A stretch of 23,696 nt of DNA from Candidatus Hadarchaeales archaeon (GCA_038851755.1 JAWCKR010000019.1:1-23696); one strand, 5' to 3'; counted from the stretch's first letter, positions 8,799 through 17,360 are shown. Numbers and translations: made by a program. Notes: generated by a model from the sequence alone, not told the origin.

Positions 8799-10226
8799 TT
8801 AAAGCGGAGGTCGACGGTGGGCCCAGGGCCTGAGGTCCTCGAAGGCCAGGCAGGCACGCAGGATGAGCTTCTCCGAGAAGCGCTTGCCCACCACCTGCAT
8901 GCCCACGGGGAGCCCCTCCACCCATCCACAGGGCACGGAAGCAGCGGGATGCCCTGTGAGGTTGAAGGGGTAGGTGAGGATCCAGCCCACCAGCGGGCTC
9001 ACCTCCCTGCCGTTGATCTCCGTGGGGCCCAGCTGGTCAACTGGGAAGGGGGGAACCGCCAGCGTGGGGGTGAGGAGGAAATCGAACTCCCTGAAGAGCT
9101 GTTGCATACCCAGCCAAATCCTCCCCCTCGTCATCTCCGCACGCTTGTACTCCACGGCGGAGATCCCCTTCCCCAGCTCGGAGAGGGCCTGGACCTCCGG
9201 CGTCAGTTTCTCTTTCTCCTCTGGTGGGAGGTCACCCAAAACGGAGCTGAAGGCCACCACCCAGAGAGTCTGGAAGGCTCCCTCTATCTCCTCCTTCGTG
9301 GGGAGGGGCGGGTTCTTCTCCACCACCTCTACCCCAAGCTCCTGGAAGGACCAGGCCGCTTCCTCCACGGTCTTCCTCACCCTCTCATCCACCTCGAAGT
9401 ACCCCAGGTTGGTGCTGTAGGCGGCCCTCAGACCCCTTACCCCTCCCTCCAGCTCCGTGTAGTCCCTCTCCGGAGGAGGGAGGCTGAAGGGGTCCACCTC
9501 GTGGAATCCCACCATGACGGAGAGGAGGAGGGCGGCATCCCTCACCGTTCTGGCGATGGGGCCGTGGGTCATGAAGGGGGAGACGTGGCCGAAGGGTCCC
9601 AGCCCCAGCTCCACCATGAGGTCCATAGGGATCAGACCTGAGGTGGGCTTCAGGCCGAAGACGCCGCAGGCGCTGGAGGGTATTCTGATGGAGCCACCCC
9701 CGTCGCTTCCCTCCGCGAAGGGCGCCATCCCGGAGGCCACGGCCGCGGCAGACCCTCCGCTGGATCCCCCCGCCGTCCTCTCCAGGTTCCAGGGGTTGCG
9801 GGTGGCACCGAAGAGGGCGTTCACGGTGTTGCCCATCCAGCCGAACTCAGGGGTGTTGGTCTTACCCAGAGGGATGGCTCCCGCCCCTTTCAGTCTCTCC
9901 ACCACCGCTGCATCCTTGGAGGGAACGAAGTGCTCGAAAACCCTGGAGCCGAAGGTGGTTCTCACCCCCTGCATGGGCGTGAGATCCTTGATGGCGATGG
10001 GTACTCCGTGGAGGGGTCCCAGCTTTTCCCCTCTTTTCACGGCTTTCTCCGCCTCCTCCGCCTTCTTTCTGGCCTCCTCCTCCAGAACCAGGCAGTAGGC
10101 GTTCACCCTCGGGTTGAACTTCCTTATCCTCTCCAGAAAGGCTTCCACCACCTCCACGGGGGAGAGGGCTCCCTCCCGAATCCTGGCGGAGAGTTCAGTG
10201 ACGGGAAGGAAGCAGAGTTCTTTCAT
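8799..10226 (-). CDS. Amidase-signature family protein (GatA-like fold, substrate unknown)
   Basis: GVPIAIKD, GKTNTPEFG, GGSSGGSAAAVA and GSDGGGSIRIP (Lys-cisSer-Ser triad). ATG 10226 overlaps the EF-1alpha stop (ATGA). No gatB or gatC nearby. Confidence 0.9.
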   Translation of the reverse strand: MKELCFLPVTELSARIREGALSPVEVVEAFLERIRKFNPRVNAYCLVLEEEARKKAEEAEKAVKRGEKLGPLHGVPIAIKDLTPMQGVRTTFGSRVFEHFVPSKDAAVVERLKGAGAIPLGKTNTPEFGWMGNTVNALFGATRNPWNLERTAGGSSGGSAAAVASGMAPFAEGSDGGGSIRIPSSACGVFGLKPTSGLIPMDLMVELGLGPFGHVSPFMTHGPIARTVRDAALLLSVMVGFHEVDPFSLPPPERDYTELEGGVRGLRAAYSTNLGYFEVDERVRKTVEEAAWSFQELGVEVVEKNPPLPTKEEIEGAFQTLWVVAFSSVLGDLPPEEKEKLTPEVQALSELGKGISAVEYKRAEMTRGRIWLGMQQLFREFDFLLTPTLAVPPFPVDQLGPTEINGREVSPLVGWILTYPFNLTGHPAASVPCGWVEGLPVGMQVVGKRFSEKLILRACLAFEDLRPWAHRRPPL

Positions 10227-11473
10227 TCCCTCTTCACCACCTCCACGCACACGCCCGCCCCCACGGTCTGCCCACCATGCCTCATGGCAAACCTGGAGAG
10301 ATGGGGAATCTCCCCCGCCCTCTCTATCACGAGGGGTTTTAAGGGTTCCACCTCCACCACTCCCACCTCACCCTTCTTGAGTCCCTCGGGATTTTCCTCC
10401 ACCGTCTCCCCGCTCCTGGGGTCCACCCTCTTGAGCACGGAAACGATCCTGCCTGGGACGCTGGCGGTGTGACAGTGGAAGGTGGGGGTGAAACCTGGCT
10501 TGAGCTGGTATGGGACGTTGAGGATGACCACCTTGGCGGTGAACCTCTGGGCCACGGTAGGAGGACTGTCCGGGTGGCCCACTACGTCCCCCCTCTTTAT
10601 CTCGTCCCTGGAAACCCCCCTCACGTTGAAGCCTATGTTGTCCCCCGGGAGGGCCTTCTCCACGGACTGGTGGTGCGCTTCTATGGACCTCACCTCCCCC
10701 CTCTTCCCAGAGGGCTCGAAGACCACCGTGTCACCCACCCTGAGGATCCCCGTCTCCACTTTTCCTATAGGAACAGTCCCCACCCCGGTGATGGAAAACA
10801 CGTTCTGGAGGGGGATGCGCAGGGGTTTGTCCACGGGCTTCTCCCCTTCCTTAAGGGAGTCCAGGGCCTCCAAAAGGGTGGGGCCTCGATACCACGGCAT
10901 CTTGGGACTCGGCCTCACGATGTTTTCCCCCTGCCAAGCCGAGACAGGAACATAGTGGAAGTCGGCGCTGGGATACCCCAGGTTTCTAAGGAGGGAGGAG
11001 ATTTCCTGCCTGAGCTTGAGGTAGGTCCTCTCCTCGAAGCCCACCAGGTCCATCTTGTTGATGGCCACGACGAGCTGGTTCACCCCCAGGGTGAAGGCGA
11101 GGGCGGCGTGCTCCCTGGTCTGGGGCATCACCCCGTCGTCGGCGGCCACCACCAGCACCGCCGCTTCAGCCTGGCTGGCACCGGTGATCATGTTCTTCAC
11201 GAAATCACGGTGCCCGGGGGCGTCGATGATGGTTAGGATGGTGTTGGGCGTCTCTATCTTCTGGTAGGAGATTTCTATGGTCACCCCCCTTTCCCTTTCC
11301 TCCTTGAGGCGGTCCATCAACCAAGCGAACTTGAAGCTCCCTGCTTCAGGAGGGAGGTCCTTTTCCGAGACCAACCCAAGGTCGAAGAGGGTCCTGCCTA
11401 CAAGGGTGGACTTCCCGTGGTCCACGTGTCCCATGAAGAGCAGGTTCACGTGTTTCTTCGCCAACGGGACCAC
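10223..11473 (-). CDS. tuf: Translation elongation factor EF-1alpha family GTPase (divergent, possibly a paralog)
   Basis: GHVDHGKST, ERERGVTI, DAPGHRDFVKNMITGASQA, NKMD, SAWQG and PGDNIGFNV, with domains II and III present. Start is GTG 11473 or TTG 11464. Confidence 0.92.
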   Translation of the reverse strand: MVPLAKKHVNLLFMGHVDHGKSTLVGRTLFDLGLVSEKDLPPEAGSFKFAWLMDRLKEERERGVTIEISYQKIETPNTILTIIDAPGHRDFVKNMITGASQAEAAVLVVAADDGVMPQTREHAALAFTLGVNQLVVAINKMDLVGFEERTYLKLRQEISSLLRNLGYPSADFHYVPVSAWQGENIVRPSPKMPWYRGPTLLEALDSLKEGEKPVDKPLRIPLQNVFSITGVGTVPIGKVETGILRVGDTVVFEPSGKRGEVRSIEAHHQSVEKALPGDNIGFNVRGVSRDEIKRGDVVGHPDSPPTVAQRFTAKVVILNVPYQLKPGFTPTFHCHTASVPGRIVSVLKRVDPRSGETVEENPEGLKKGEVGVVEVEPLKPLVIERAGEIPHLSRFAMRHGGQTVGAGVCVEVVKRE

Positions 11474-11479
11474 CCACGC

Positions 11480-12181
11480 TCAGGAAGAGGTCGATCCTCC
11501 CCCGGAAGGAGAGGTGAGGAGGAAGAGGCGCAGATAGCTCTCGGTGTTCGACTTGAGTTCTTTCAGATCCTTCACCATCCTGTCGAGGGCCCTCCGGAGG
11601 GGAAGGAGGTGCGCCTCACCCACCCCGCGCTTGGCGAGGGAAATCCCCTCCAGGTCCCTGAGGATGGTCTCCGCCATGTTGGCCACCCTCTCCAGCGAGG
11701 AAACCGACTCACGCAGGGCCTCCTGTGAGGGCTTGCCCGAGAGGGTTGCCAAGGTCCCTTTCAGGAGGTCCGAGACTTCCCTCGAGCGGGAGTCCAGCTT
11801 GAACTTGGCCAGATCCTGGAGCTCGGGCCTGGTGAGGGCTATGGAGAGCCTTGAGGTGAGGAGTTCCGAGTTGGAGACGATGGAGCCCAGGTCCGCCCTG
11901 AGCACCATGGTAGCGAGGGGAAGGTCCGAGGGGCCCAGCTTCTGAAGCTCCTTGGCGGGCTCACCCGCGTCCACCCAGAGGGAGAAGTCCTCCACGGGTA
12001 CCTCCAGGGGTCGGCGGGAAGGCGAGGTGAGGTAGAGGGCGAAGACGGAGAGGGCCACCAGGCAGGAAGCGGCGGAGATGAAAAGCATCCAAGGGGTGGT
12101 TCCACCCACATCCAGCCCCACCAACAGGAGGGCCCCTATAGAAGCCAGCAAAGCTAAGATGGGTAGGGGATGAATCCTCAT
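11480..12181 (-). CDS. Hypothetical membrane-anchored protein (two N-terminal TMs, helical cytoplasmic domain)
   Basis: Hydrophobic segments LPILALLASIGALLLVGL and WMLFISAASCLVALSVFALYL, followed by amphipathic helices. The gap to tuf is 6 nt. Confidence 0.75.
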   Translation of the reverse strand: MRIHPLPILALLASIGALLLVGLDVGGTTPWMLFISAASCLVALSVFALYLTSPSRRPLEVPVEDFSLWVDAGEPAKELQKLGPSDLPLATMVLRADLGSIVSNSELLTSRLSIALTRPELQDLAKFKLDSRSREVSDLLKGTLATLSGKPSQEALRESVSSLERVANMAETILRDLEGISLAKRGVGEAHLLPLRRALDRMVKDLKELKSNTESYLRLFLLTSPSGGGSTSS

Positions 12182-12226
12182 CAAGGGAAATGGTTTTATC
12201 CATCAAAAAGCCTTTCGGAGAGGGCG

Positions 12227-13006
12227 ATGGACGAAATTTTTCCCAACCATCCCCGGGCCGAGTCCCTCCGGATCCGGAAGAGGCTCGCGGAGGGAATGAG
12301 GACAGGGATGGTGGTCCCGGAAGGGCTTGCGGCCCACGGAAGGGGAGAGGCCTTTGACTATCTCTTGGGGGAGAAGACCACGGAGTTCGCCAGGGAGGCC
12401 ATAGAGGCCGCAGCTGCAGCCCTCTTGGTCGCCTCTCACCCGGTGATTTCCGTAAACGGTAACACCGCCGCTCTCGTCCCGGAGGCCGTGGTCGAACTCT
12501 CGGAGGTTACCGGGGCCAAGGTGGAGGTGAACCTCTTCCATCGTTCTCCGGGACGGGAGGTTTTGATAGCCGAGCACCTGAAAAAGCACGGGTGCCGGGA
12601 GGTGCTCGGGGTGAAAGAGGAGGACGCCGTGAAGATACCGGAGGTCCAGAGCGAGAGGAGGAGGGTGGACAGGAGGGGAATCTTCTCCGCCGATGCGGTC
12701 CTGGTGCCGCTGGAGGACGGCGACAGAACCGAGGCCCTGAGGGCCCTGGGGAAGCTGGTGATAGCGGTGGACCTCAATCCTCTGTCCAGGACCGCCAGGG
12801 CTGCCAGCATCACGGTGGTGGACAACGTGGTGCGCGCCCTTCCCATGATGGTGGAGGAGTGCAGGAAGATGAAGAATCTACCGAGAGAGGACCTGAGGAA
12901 GAGGGTGGAGGGTTTCGACAACCAAAGGAACCTGGGGGAGACCCTGAGGCTGATGTGCAGACGTCTGGAGGAATTCTCGGAGAGGGGAGGAGACCTATTT
13001 AAGTGA
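12227..13006 (+). CDS. pps: Archaeal 4-phosphopantoate--beta-alanine ligase (phosphopantothenate synthetase)
   Basis: HPRAESL, AHGRGEAFDYLLGEKT, SVNGN, EVNLF, VLVPLEDGDRTEAL, DLNPLSRT, DNVVRA. Adjacent to panB; start set at ATG 12227. Confidence 0.95.
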   Translation: MDEIFPNHPRAESLRIRKRLAEGMRTGMVVPEGLAAHGRGEAFDYLLGEKTTEFAREAIEAAAAALLVASHPVISVNGNTAALVPEAVVELSEVTGAKVEVNLFHRSPGREVLIAEHLKKHGCREVLGVKEEDAVKIPEVQSERRRVDRRGIFSADAVLVPLEDGDRTEALRALGKLVIAVDLNPLSRTARAASITVVDNVVRALPMMVEECRKMKNLPREDLRKRVEGFDNQRNLGETLRLMCRRLEEFSERGGDLFK

Positions 13007-13025
13007 GGGGGGAGAGGGGGGTGTA

Positions 13026-13859
13026 GTGGAGACCAAAATTACCACCACCACCCTGGCGGAGCTGAAAGCCAGGGGGGAGAAGATCTGCATGCTCACTGCC
13101 TACGACTACCCCTCCGCCCGTCTCTTGGACGAGGCGGGCGTGGAGGTGATCCTGGTGGGGGACTCGGTGGGCAATGTCCTGCTGGGATACCCAAGCACCC
13201 TTCCCGTCACCATGGAGGAGATGTTGCATCACACCAGGGCGGTGGCCAGGGGGGTGAAGAGGGCCCTGGTGGTGGGGGACATGCCCTTTCTTTCCTACCA
13301 GCCCAGCGATTCGGAGGGGGTCCTCAACGCGGGGAGGTTCATCAAGGCGGGTGCGGAGGCCGTGAAGGTGGAGGGTGGGACCCCCGTCATGGGGAGGATC
13401 AAGGCGATGCTGGACGCGGGCATCCCGGTGATGGGCCATCTGGGTCTCACCCCCCAGTGGATCCATCAGTTCGGGGGGTACAGGGTGAGGGCCAAGACGG
13501 CCGACGCTGCCAGAGTCCTCCTGCGTGAGGCCAAGGAACTGGAGAAACTGGGGGTCTTCAGCTTGGTGCTGGAGGGGATACCCTGGCAGGTGGCCAAGCT
13601 CATCACCGAGAACCTGGAGATACCCACCATAGGGATAGGGGCTGGGCCCTACTGCGACGGCCAGGTGCTGGTTCTGCACGACATGCTGGGGATTTCCGGC
13701 CGTGTGCCCAAGTTCGTGAAGAAGTACGCTAACCTGGGAGAGGAGATGAGGAAGGCGGTCTTGGAGTTCATGAGGGAGGTGAAGGAGGGGAAGTTCCCGA
13801 CCATGGAGTTCAGCTACGAGATGCCTAGAGAAGAGGCGGAAAAGCTGGAAAAGGGGTAA
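13026..13859 (+). CDS. panB: 3-methyl-2-oxobutanoate hydroxymethyltransferase
   Basis: MLTAYD, LVGDS, GDMPF, VKVEG, MGHLGLTPQ, IGIGAG, DGQVLV. Confidence 0.97.
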   Translation: METKITTTTLAELKARGEKICMLTAYDYPSARLLDEAGVEVILVGDSVGNVLLGYPSTLPVTMEEMLHHTRAVARGVKRALVVGDMPFLSYQPSDSEGVLNAGRFIKAGAEAVKVEGGTPVMGRIKAMLDAGIPVMGHLGLTPQWIHQFGGYRVRAKTADAARVLLREAKELEKLGVFSLVLEGIPWQVAKLITENLEIPTIGIGAGPYCDGQVLVLHDMLGISGRVPKFVKKYANLGEEMRKAVLEFMREVKEGKFPTMEFSYEMPREEAEKLEKG

Positions 13860-13878
13860 GGGGCGGAGGATTTTTAAG

Positions 13879-13921
13879 TTTATAAACGGGGTATTTTTGG
13901 TCAAAAAAAGAAAGGAGGTGA
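13879..13921 (+). promoter_or_regulatory. TATA box and RBS of the histone-variant gene
   Basis: TTTATAAA at 13879-13886; GGAGGTGA at 13914-13921. Confidence 0.75.
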
Positions 13922-13925
13922 GGTA

Positions 13926-14132
13926 ATGGGAGATGCCAAGACCAAATTGCCGAAGGCCACCATTATCAGACTTTTCAAGGATGCGGGCGCCGACCGTGTT
14001 TCCGGTGACGTGGCTGATGCCGTGAACAAGATCCTTTTGGAGGTAGCGAAGGGGGCCATCAAGGCTGCCAAGGCCGAGGGGAAGAAGACGGTCTCAGCCG
14101 ACAACCTCAGGATGGTAATCGTGGTCACTTAG
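13926..14132 (+). CDS. Histone-fold protein, non-canonical variant
   Basis: LPKATIIRLFKDAGADRVS...AIKAAKAEGKKTV aligns to HMf-type histones but has a shorter alpha2 helix. Strong promoter, RBS and terminator. Confidence 0.88.
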   Translation: MGDAKTKLPKATIIRLFKDAGADRVSGDVADAVNKILLEVAKGAIKAAKAEGKKTVSADNLRMVIVVT

Positions 14133-14170
14133 GGGCTGGAAAGCTCCCGATTTTTTCCTTTCTTGCTTTT
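14132..14170 (+). terminator. GNRA hairpin plus T-tract terminator
   Basis: GGGGCT-GGAA-AGCTCC followed by CGATTTTTTCCTTTCTTGCTTTT. Confidence 0.7.
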
Positions 14171-14188
14171 TAACCACATTTTCTCCCG

Positions 14189-14785
14189 TTATCTCTTCGA
14201 GGAGAGGGTGAGTTCACCCCTCGTCCTCTCGATGAGCCCCCTCACCACATCCTGCTTCCTCTTCATTCCCGGCAGGACCGCATCAGGGTAATCGAACTCC
14301 ACTAGGAGTTCGTAGATTTTCTCCATGAGAGAGAAGAGCTCCTCGGCTGGCCTGAATTCCCCCCTTCTGAGGCAATCAAGAACTGCCCTCCTGAGTTCTC
14401 CCGAAGCATCGGCCAGCCCCATGAGGTAGGGCTCGTAGGGCACGCCCACCTCCTCAGGCTCGGGTATCCTCCTCTCCCTCAGAAGGGTCCTCACCAGGAA
14501 GGCCTCCCCGTACTCCTGCTGCGCCGCTCTGACCGTTCCGGAGGCCTGGAGGGAGGGGTCCTCCCCGCACATCGAGAGCATCTCCTCCAAGGTTTTCCTG
14601 GCCTTCTCCATCAGCTCCCCGGCCTGTTTTTCATCCCCCCTGTGGAGGGCGAAGATGGACCTGGCGGAGAGCCTCACCACCTCCCTGGAGAGGTTCAGAA
14701 GTTTCTCCCTCAGCTCCTCCTCCCTGTCGAAGTGCTTTCTCAGCTTCTCCAGCATTTCCTTCTTTATCGGGTGGGGCTCGGACAT
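14189..14785 (-). CDS. Translin/Trax family protein (archaeal C3PO-like RNase)
   Basis: REKLLNLSREVVRLS, QEYGEA and YLMGLADASGELRR (catalytic Glu/Asp motifs), MKRKQD. Confidence 0.9.
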   Translation of the reverse strand: MSEPHPIKKEMLEKLRKHFDREEELREKLLNLSREVVRLSARSIFALHRGDEKQAGELMEKARKTLEEMLSMCGEDPSLQASGTVRAAQQEYGEAFLVRTLLRERRIPEPEEVGVPYEPYLMGLADASGELRRAVLDCLRRGEFRPAEELFSLMEKIYELLVEFDYPDAVLPGMKRKQDVVRGLIERTRGELTLSSKR

Positions 14786-15207
14786 CAGGAGAACTCCTTG
14801 GTGGGCCTCAGGAGGTTAGTCTTGTGGTACCTAAGCTTGAGGATCATGCCCTTCTTCTCCAGGTTGTTCACCAGCGCACTCAGCTTGGCCTTGGAGAGGT
14901 CCATTCTCCTCCTCAGGTCATCCTGCCTTATCTCCTTGCACCTCAGGATTTCCTCAAAAACCCTCCTCTCGTCCTCGCCCAGCCCCATTATGGCGACCTT
15001 CATGGTCCTCTCCTTAGCATACTTTCTGAAGAGAAAAGCCAGTACAGTGGCCATGGATCCGGCCACGGTTACCATGATGCCCACCGCCAGCAGGAGGGAG
15101 GAAACCTCCAGGGATCCCCCCGGAGTGAGGAGAACGAGGACGGTGGCCAGGGTGAGCTGGAGGAAGAGGGTGAGCAGGATGAGGCCCAGCATCTCCTTCA
15201 GCGTCAT
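14785..15207 (-). CDS. Membrane-anchored winged-helix transcriptional regulator (COG2512-like)
   Basis: Two TM segments followed by LGEDERRVF..IRQDDL..LSKAKLSALVNNLEKKGMI..HKTN. ATG at 15207, TTTAAA box ~25 nt upstream, and a TGATG overlap with translin. The track's extension to 15876 is spurious. Confidence 0.85.
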   Translation of the reverse strand: MTLKEMLGLILLTLFLQLTLATVLVLLTPGGSLEVSSLLLAVGIMVTVAGSMATVLAFLFRKYAKERTMKVAIMGLGEDERRVFEEILRCKEIRQDDLRRRMDLSKAKLSALVNNLEKKGMILKLRYHKTNLLRPTKEFS

Positions 15208-15240
15208 CGTAGAAAGAGGGAGGAAGAGTTTAAAAAAATT

Positions 15241-15347
15241 TTGAAGGAGGTAAAAAAGAAGATTCTGAACGGTCAGGAGTTTTAAAAGGGTTCCTTTCCT
15301 GAAAAAAGGCTTTATTTTTCCTCCTTTCAATGCCTGCTTTGACCGTT
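15241..15347. promoter_or_regulatory. Divergent promoter region with two inverted-repeat pairs
   Basis: AACGGTCA (15268-15275) pairs with TGACCGTT (15340-15347). TTGAAGGAGGTAAAAAA (15241-15257) pairs imperfectly with TTATTTTTCCTCCTTTCAA (15312-15330). Confidence 0.45.
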
Positions 15348-15402
15348 TCGGGAGAGTTCTCAAATATCCCTTCCACACATAGAAACCATCGGAGGTGAAA
15401 AG

Positions 15403-16416
15403 ATGGAAAATCGGGGAATAGCGCCCCTGATAGCGGCCGTGGTGCTGGTGGCGGCCTTGGGTACCTCCACAGCGGTTCCCGTAGCCGCCTCGGTGGCCAA
15501 TGTGGACCCCGACCACCCCCTCTACTCCCTGAAGAGGGTAGGGGAGAGGATAAGGGGTCTCAGCGACACGCAACAGATGAAGCTGAGATGGCAGGAATAC
15601 CAGAGAATGGTGGAGAAGGGCAAGGGGCTCCAGTACCAGAAGATCCTGAAGGAGTTCGTGGATAAACTGAACTCGGTGGCGCCCTACGACGTGAAGACCA
15701 GGCAGGAGATCATCTCGTGGATGCAGGAACAGATGCCGGGCATAGGGGAGATCAGGTTGAAGCTGGCGGAGCAGGTTGCCGGGGAAAATGAGGAGTGGGA
15801 GAACGAGGTGCAGCAAATAAGGGCCTGCTGGGAAAGGGAGAAAAACCTGGAGAACCTGAGCGCGGGGATGCTTCATCTCAGGGAAAGGATAAGGGAAAGG
15901 GTCAGGGAGCAGTACCTGAGGATAGAGAACCTGCTGGAGAATGCTTGTCTGAGGATGAGGGTGCAGGAGAACCTAGCTCTAACCTGGCAGGAGGCCCGCC
16001 AGAGGGGAGAGGAGATCCTGCGCACCAGGTTCAGTCACCTGCTGGAGTTCTTTGAAAACAAGTACCCTGAGGTGGAAGCCATGCTGTCCCTGGCCCCCGA
16101 GAACCTGCCCGGGAGAAAGGCGGCGGGGAGGCTGGTGGACCTAGCCCTGAGGGAGAAGGAGCTGGCCCTCCACGCCTACGACGAGAACCTGCTCGGAAGG
16201 GCGGTGGGCATTCTGACCTCGGCGGTAATGCACCTGAGAAACGCGGAGCGAATCCTAGAGCACGCGCAGGAGTGGGAGCCCCAGAACGCCCCCCAGTGGG
16301 AGGAGTGGCGGGAGAGATGGGGAGACCTCAAAGAAGAGTTCAGGGAACTTTGGGAGAACGTACAACAGAACCTTGAGGAGTTCCGGAACAGAATAAGGGA
16401 GAGGTGGGGAGGATAG
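15403..16416 (+). CDS. Surface/secreted helical protein with class III-like signal peptide and DUF5667-like motif
   Basis: N-terminal RG|IAPLIAAVVLVAAL and DPDHPLYSLKRVGERIR (PxxPLYxLKRxxE), followed by coiled-coil. GGAGGTGA RBS. Confidence 0.75.
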   Translation: MENRGIAPLIAAVVLVAALGTSTAVPVAASVANVDPDHPLYSLKRVGERIRGLSDTQQMKLRWQEYQRMVEKGKGLQYQKILKEFVDKLNSVAPYDVKTRQEIISWMQEQMPGIGEIRLKLAEQVAGENEEWENEVQQIRACWEREKNLENLSAGMLHLRERIRERVREQYLRIENLLENACLRMRVQENLALTWQEARQRGEEILRTRFSHLLEFFENKYPEVEAMLSLAPENLPGRKAAGRLVDLALREKELALHAYDENLLGRAVGILTSAVMHLRNAERILEHAQEWEPQNAPQWEEWRERWGDLKEEFRELWENVQQNLEEFRNRIRERWGG

Positions 16417-16430
16417 CCTCTCCCCCCTTT

Positions 16431-17360
16431 TTATTTTTTCATCAGGACCACGGAGCTCACCGGAGCTTCGTCCACGATCCGGTAGCCCGTGAGCCTCTCC
16501 AGTTCTTCCGCGAAAGCCCTTATCTCCTGATGGGTGGGCATGAGGGCCGGTCCCAGCCTCTGCCTGGAGTATCCCACCGGAAAGTATCCCTTGGGCTCCA
16601 CATAGTCCGGTCTGGCCTTCTCCACCAGCCTGGCGTAGCCCTCCGGGTCCTTCAGGTTCAGCTCCTTAACAAGTGTTAGCCTCAGCACCTTCCTGCAGGA
16701 GAAAGAAGGAAGGAGCTCCAGACTGAGGTTCAGCCTCTCCCACCCGTCTGGAATCCTTGGCCTGCACACCTTGGAGTAGGTGGTTTCGTCGGGGGCAGGA
16801 AGAGTGAGGTAGAGCTGGGTGGGCTCCACTCCCAGCTTCTCCAGTCTTTCAGGCATGGTGCCGTTGCTCACGAGAAAGGTGGTGAAGCCCCTTCGATGGA
16901 ACTCCTCCAGCAGGTGATTCAGCGGGAGATAGAGGGTTGGCTCCCCCGCCAAGCTTATGGCGGCATGCCTGGGGTGCTGGGCCTCCTCCCACTTGCGCAA
17001 GTCCACCCCGGGGTTGCCTTTGAAGCCGCTCAAGAGCTCCCTTTGGGCTAAAACGGCTTTCTCCACCACCTCTGAGGGGTCGTCGGGTGGAAGCTCCTCG
17101 TGTGGATCTAGCGTGGCCTCAACCATCCTCCAGCAGAAGAGGCACTGATGGGTGCAGTGGAAGAGAGAAGGGGTGAACTGAAGACAGCGCCAGGAGGAGA
17201 TTCCGTAGAACTTGGACTTGTAGCATTCCCCCTTCCCCAGCAGGCTCTTCCTGGTCCAGAGACATGTTTTCACCGCGGAGTTCTCCCCCACCAGCCTGTA
17301 CCCCTGCTTCTGGTAAAGCTCCCCGAACTGCCTGAGCCTCTCCCGCACGGATCCCTGCAT
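16431..17360 (-). CDS. taw1: 4-demethylwyosine (imG-14) synthase Taw1/TYW1, radical SAM
   Basis: SAVKTCLW, CYKSKFYGISSWRC, CTHQCLFCWR, AISLAGEPT, FLVSNG, VEPKGY..VGYSRQRL. Probable start ATG 17360, a TGATG overlap with the nifB stop (GAGGTG RBS); alternative GTG 17375. Confidence 0.95.
   Translation of the reverse strand: MQGSVRERLRQFGELYQKQGYRLVGENSAVKTCLWTRKSLLGKGECYKSKFYGISSWRCLQFTPSLFHCTHQCLFCWRMVEATLDPHEELPPDDPSEVVEKAVLAQRELLSGFKGNPGVDLRKWEEAQHPRHAAISLAGEPTLYLPLNHLLEEFHRRGFTTFLVSNGTMPERLEKLGVEPTQLYLTLPAPDETTYSKVCRPRIPDGWERLNLSLELLPSFSCRKVLRLTLVKELNLKDPEGYARLVEKARPDYVEPKGYFPVGYSRQRLGPALMPTHQEIRAFAEELERLTGYRIVDEAPVSSVVLMKK

Noticed and set aside
8771-8929. N-terminal extension of pyrF
   Set aside because: It overlaps the amidase 3' end; the RBS and TATA support a TTG start at 8770.
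8799-10226. Calling the amidase gatA
   Set aside because: It has GSDGGGSIRIP rather than the GatA-typical SDTGGSIRQP, and there is no gatB/gatC nearby.
15208-15876. 363-aa ORF extension of the membrane wHTH
   Set aside because: It is antisense to the DUF5667-like gene and crosses an AT-rich promoter region; the real start is ATG 15207.
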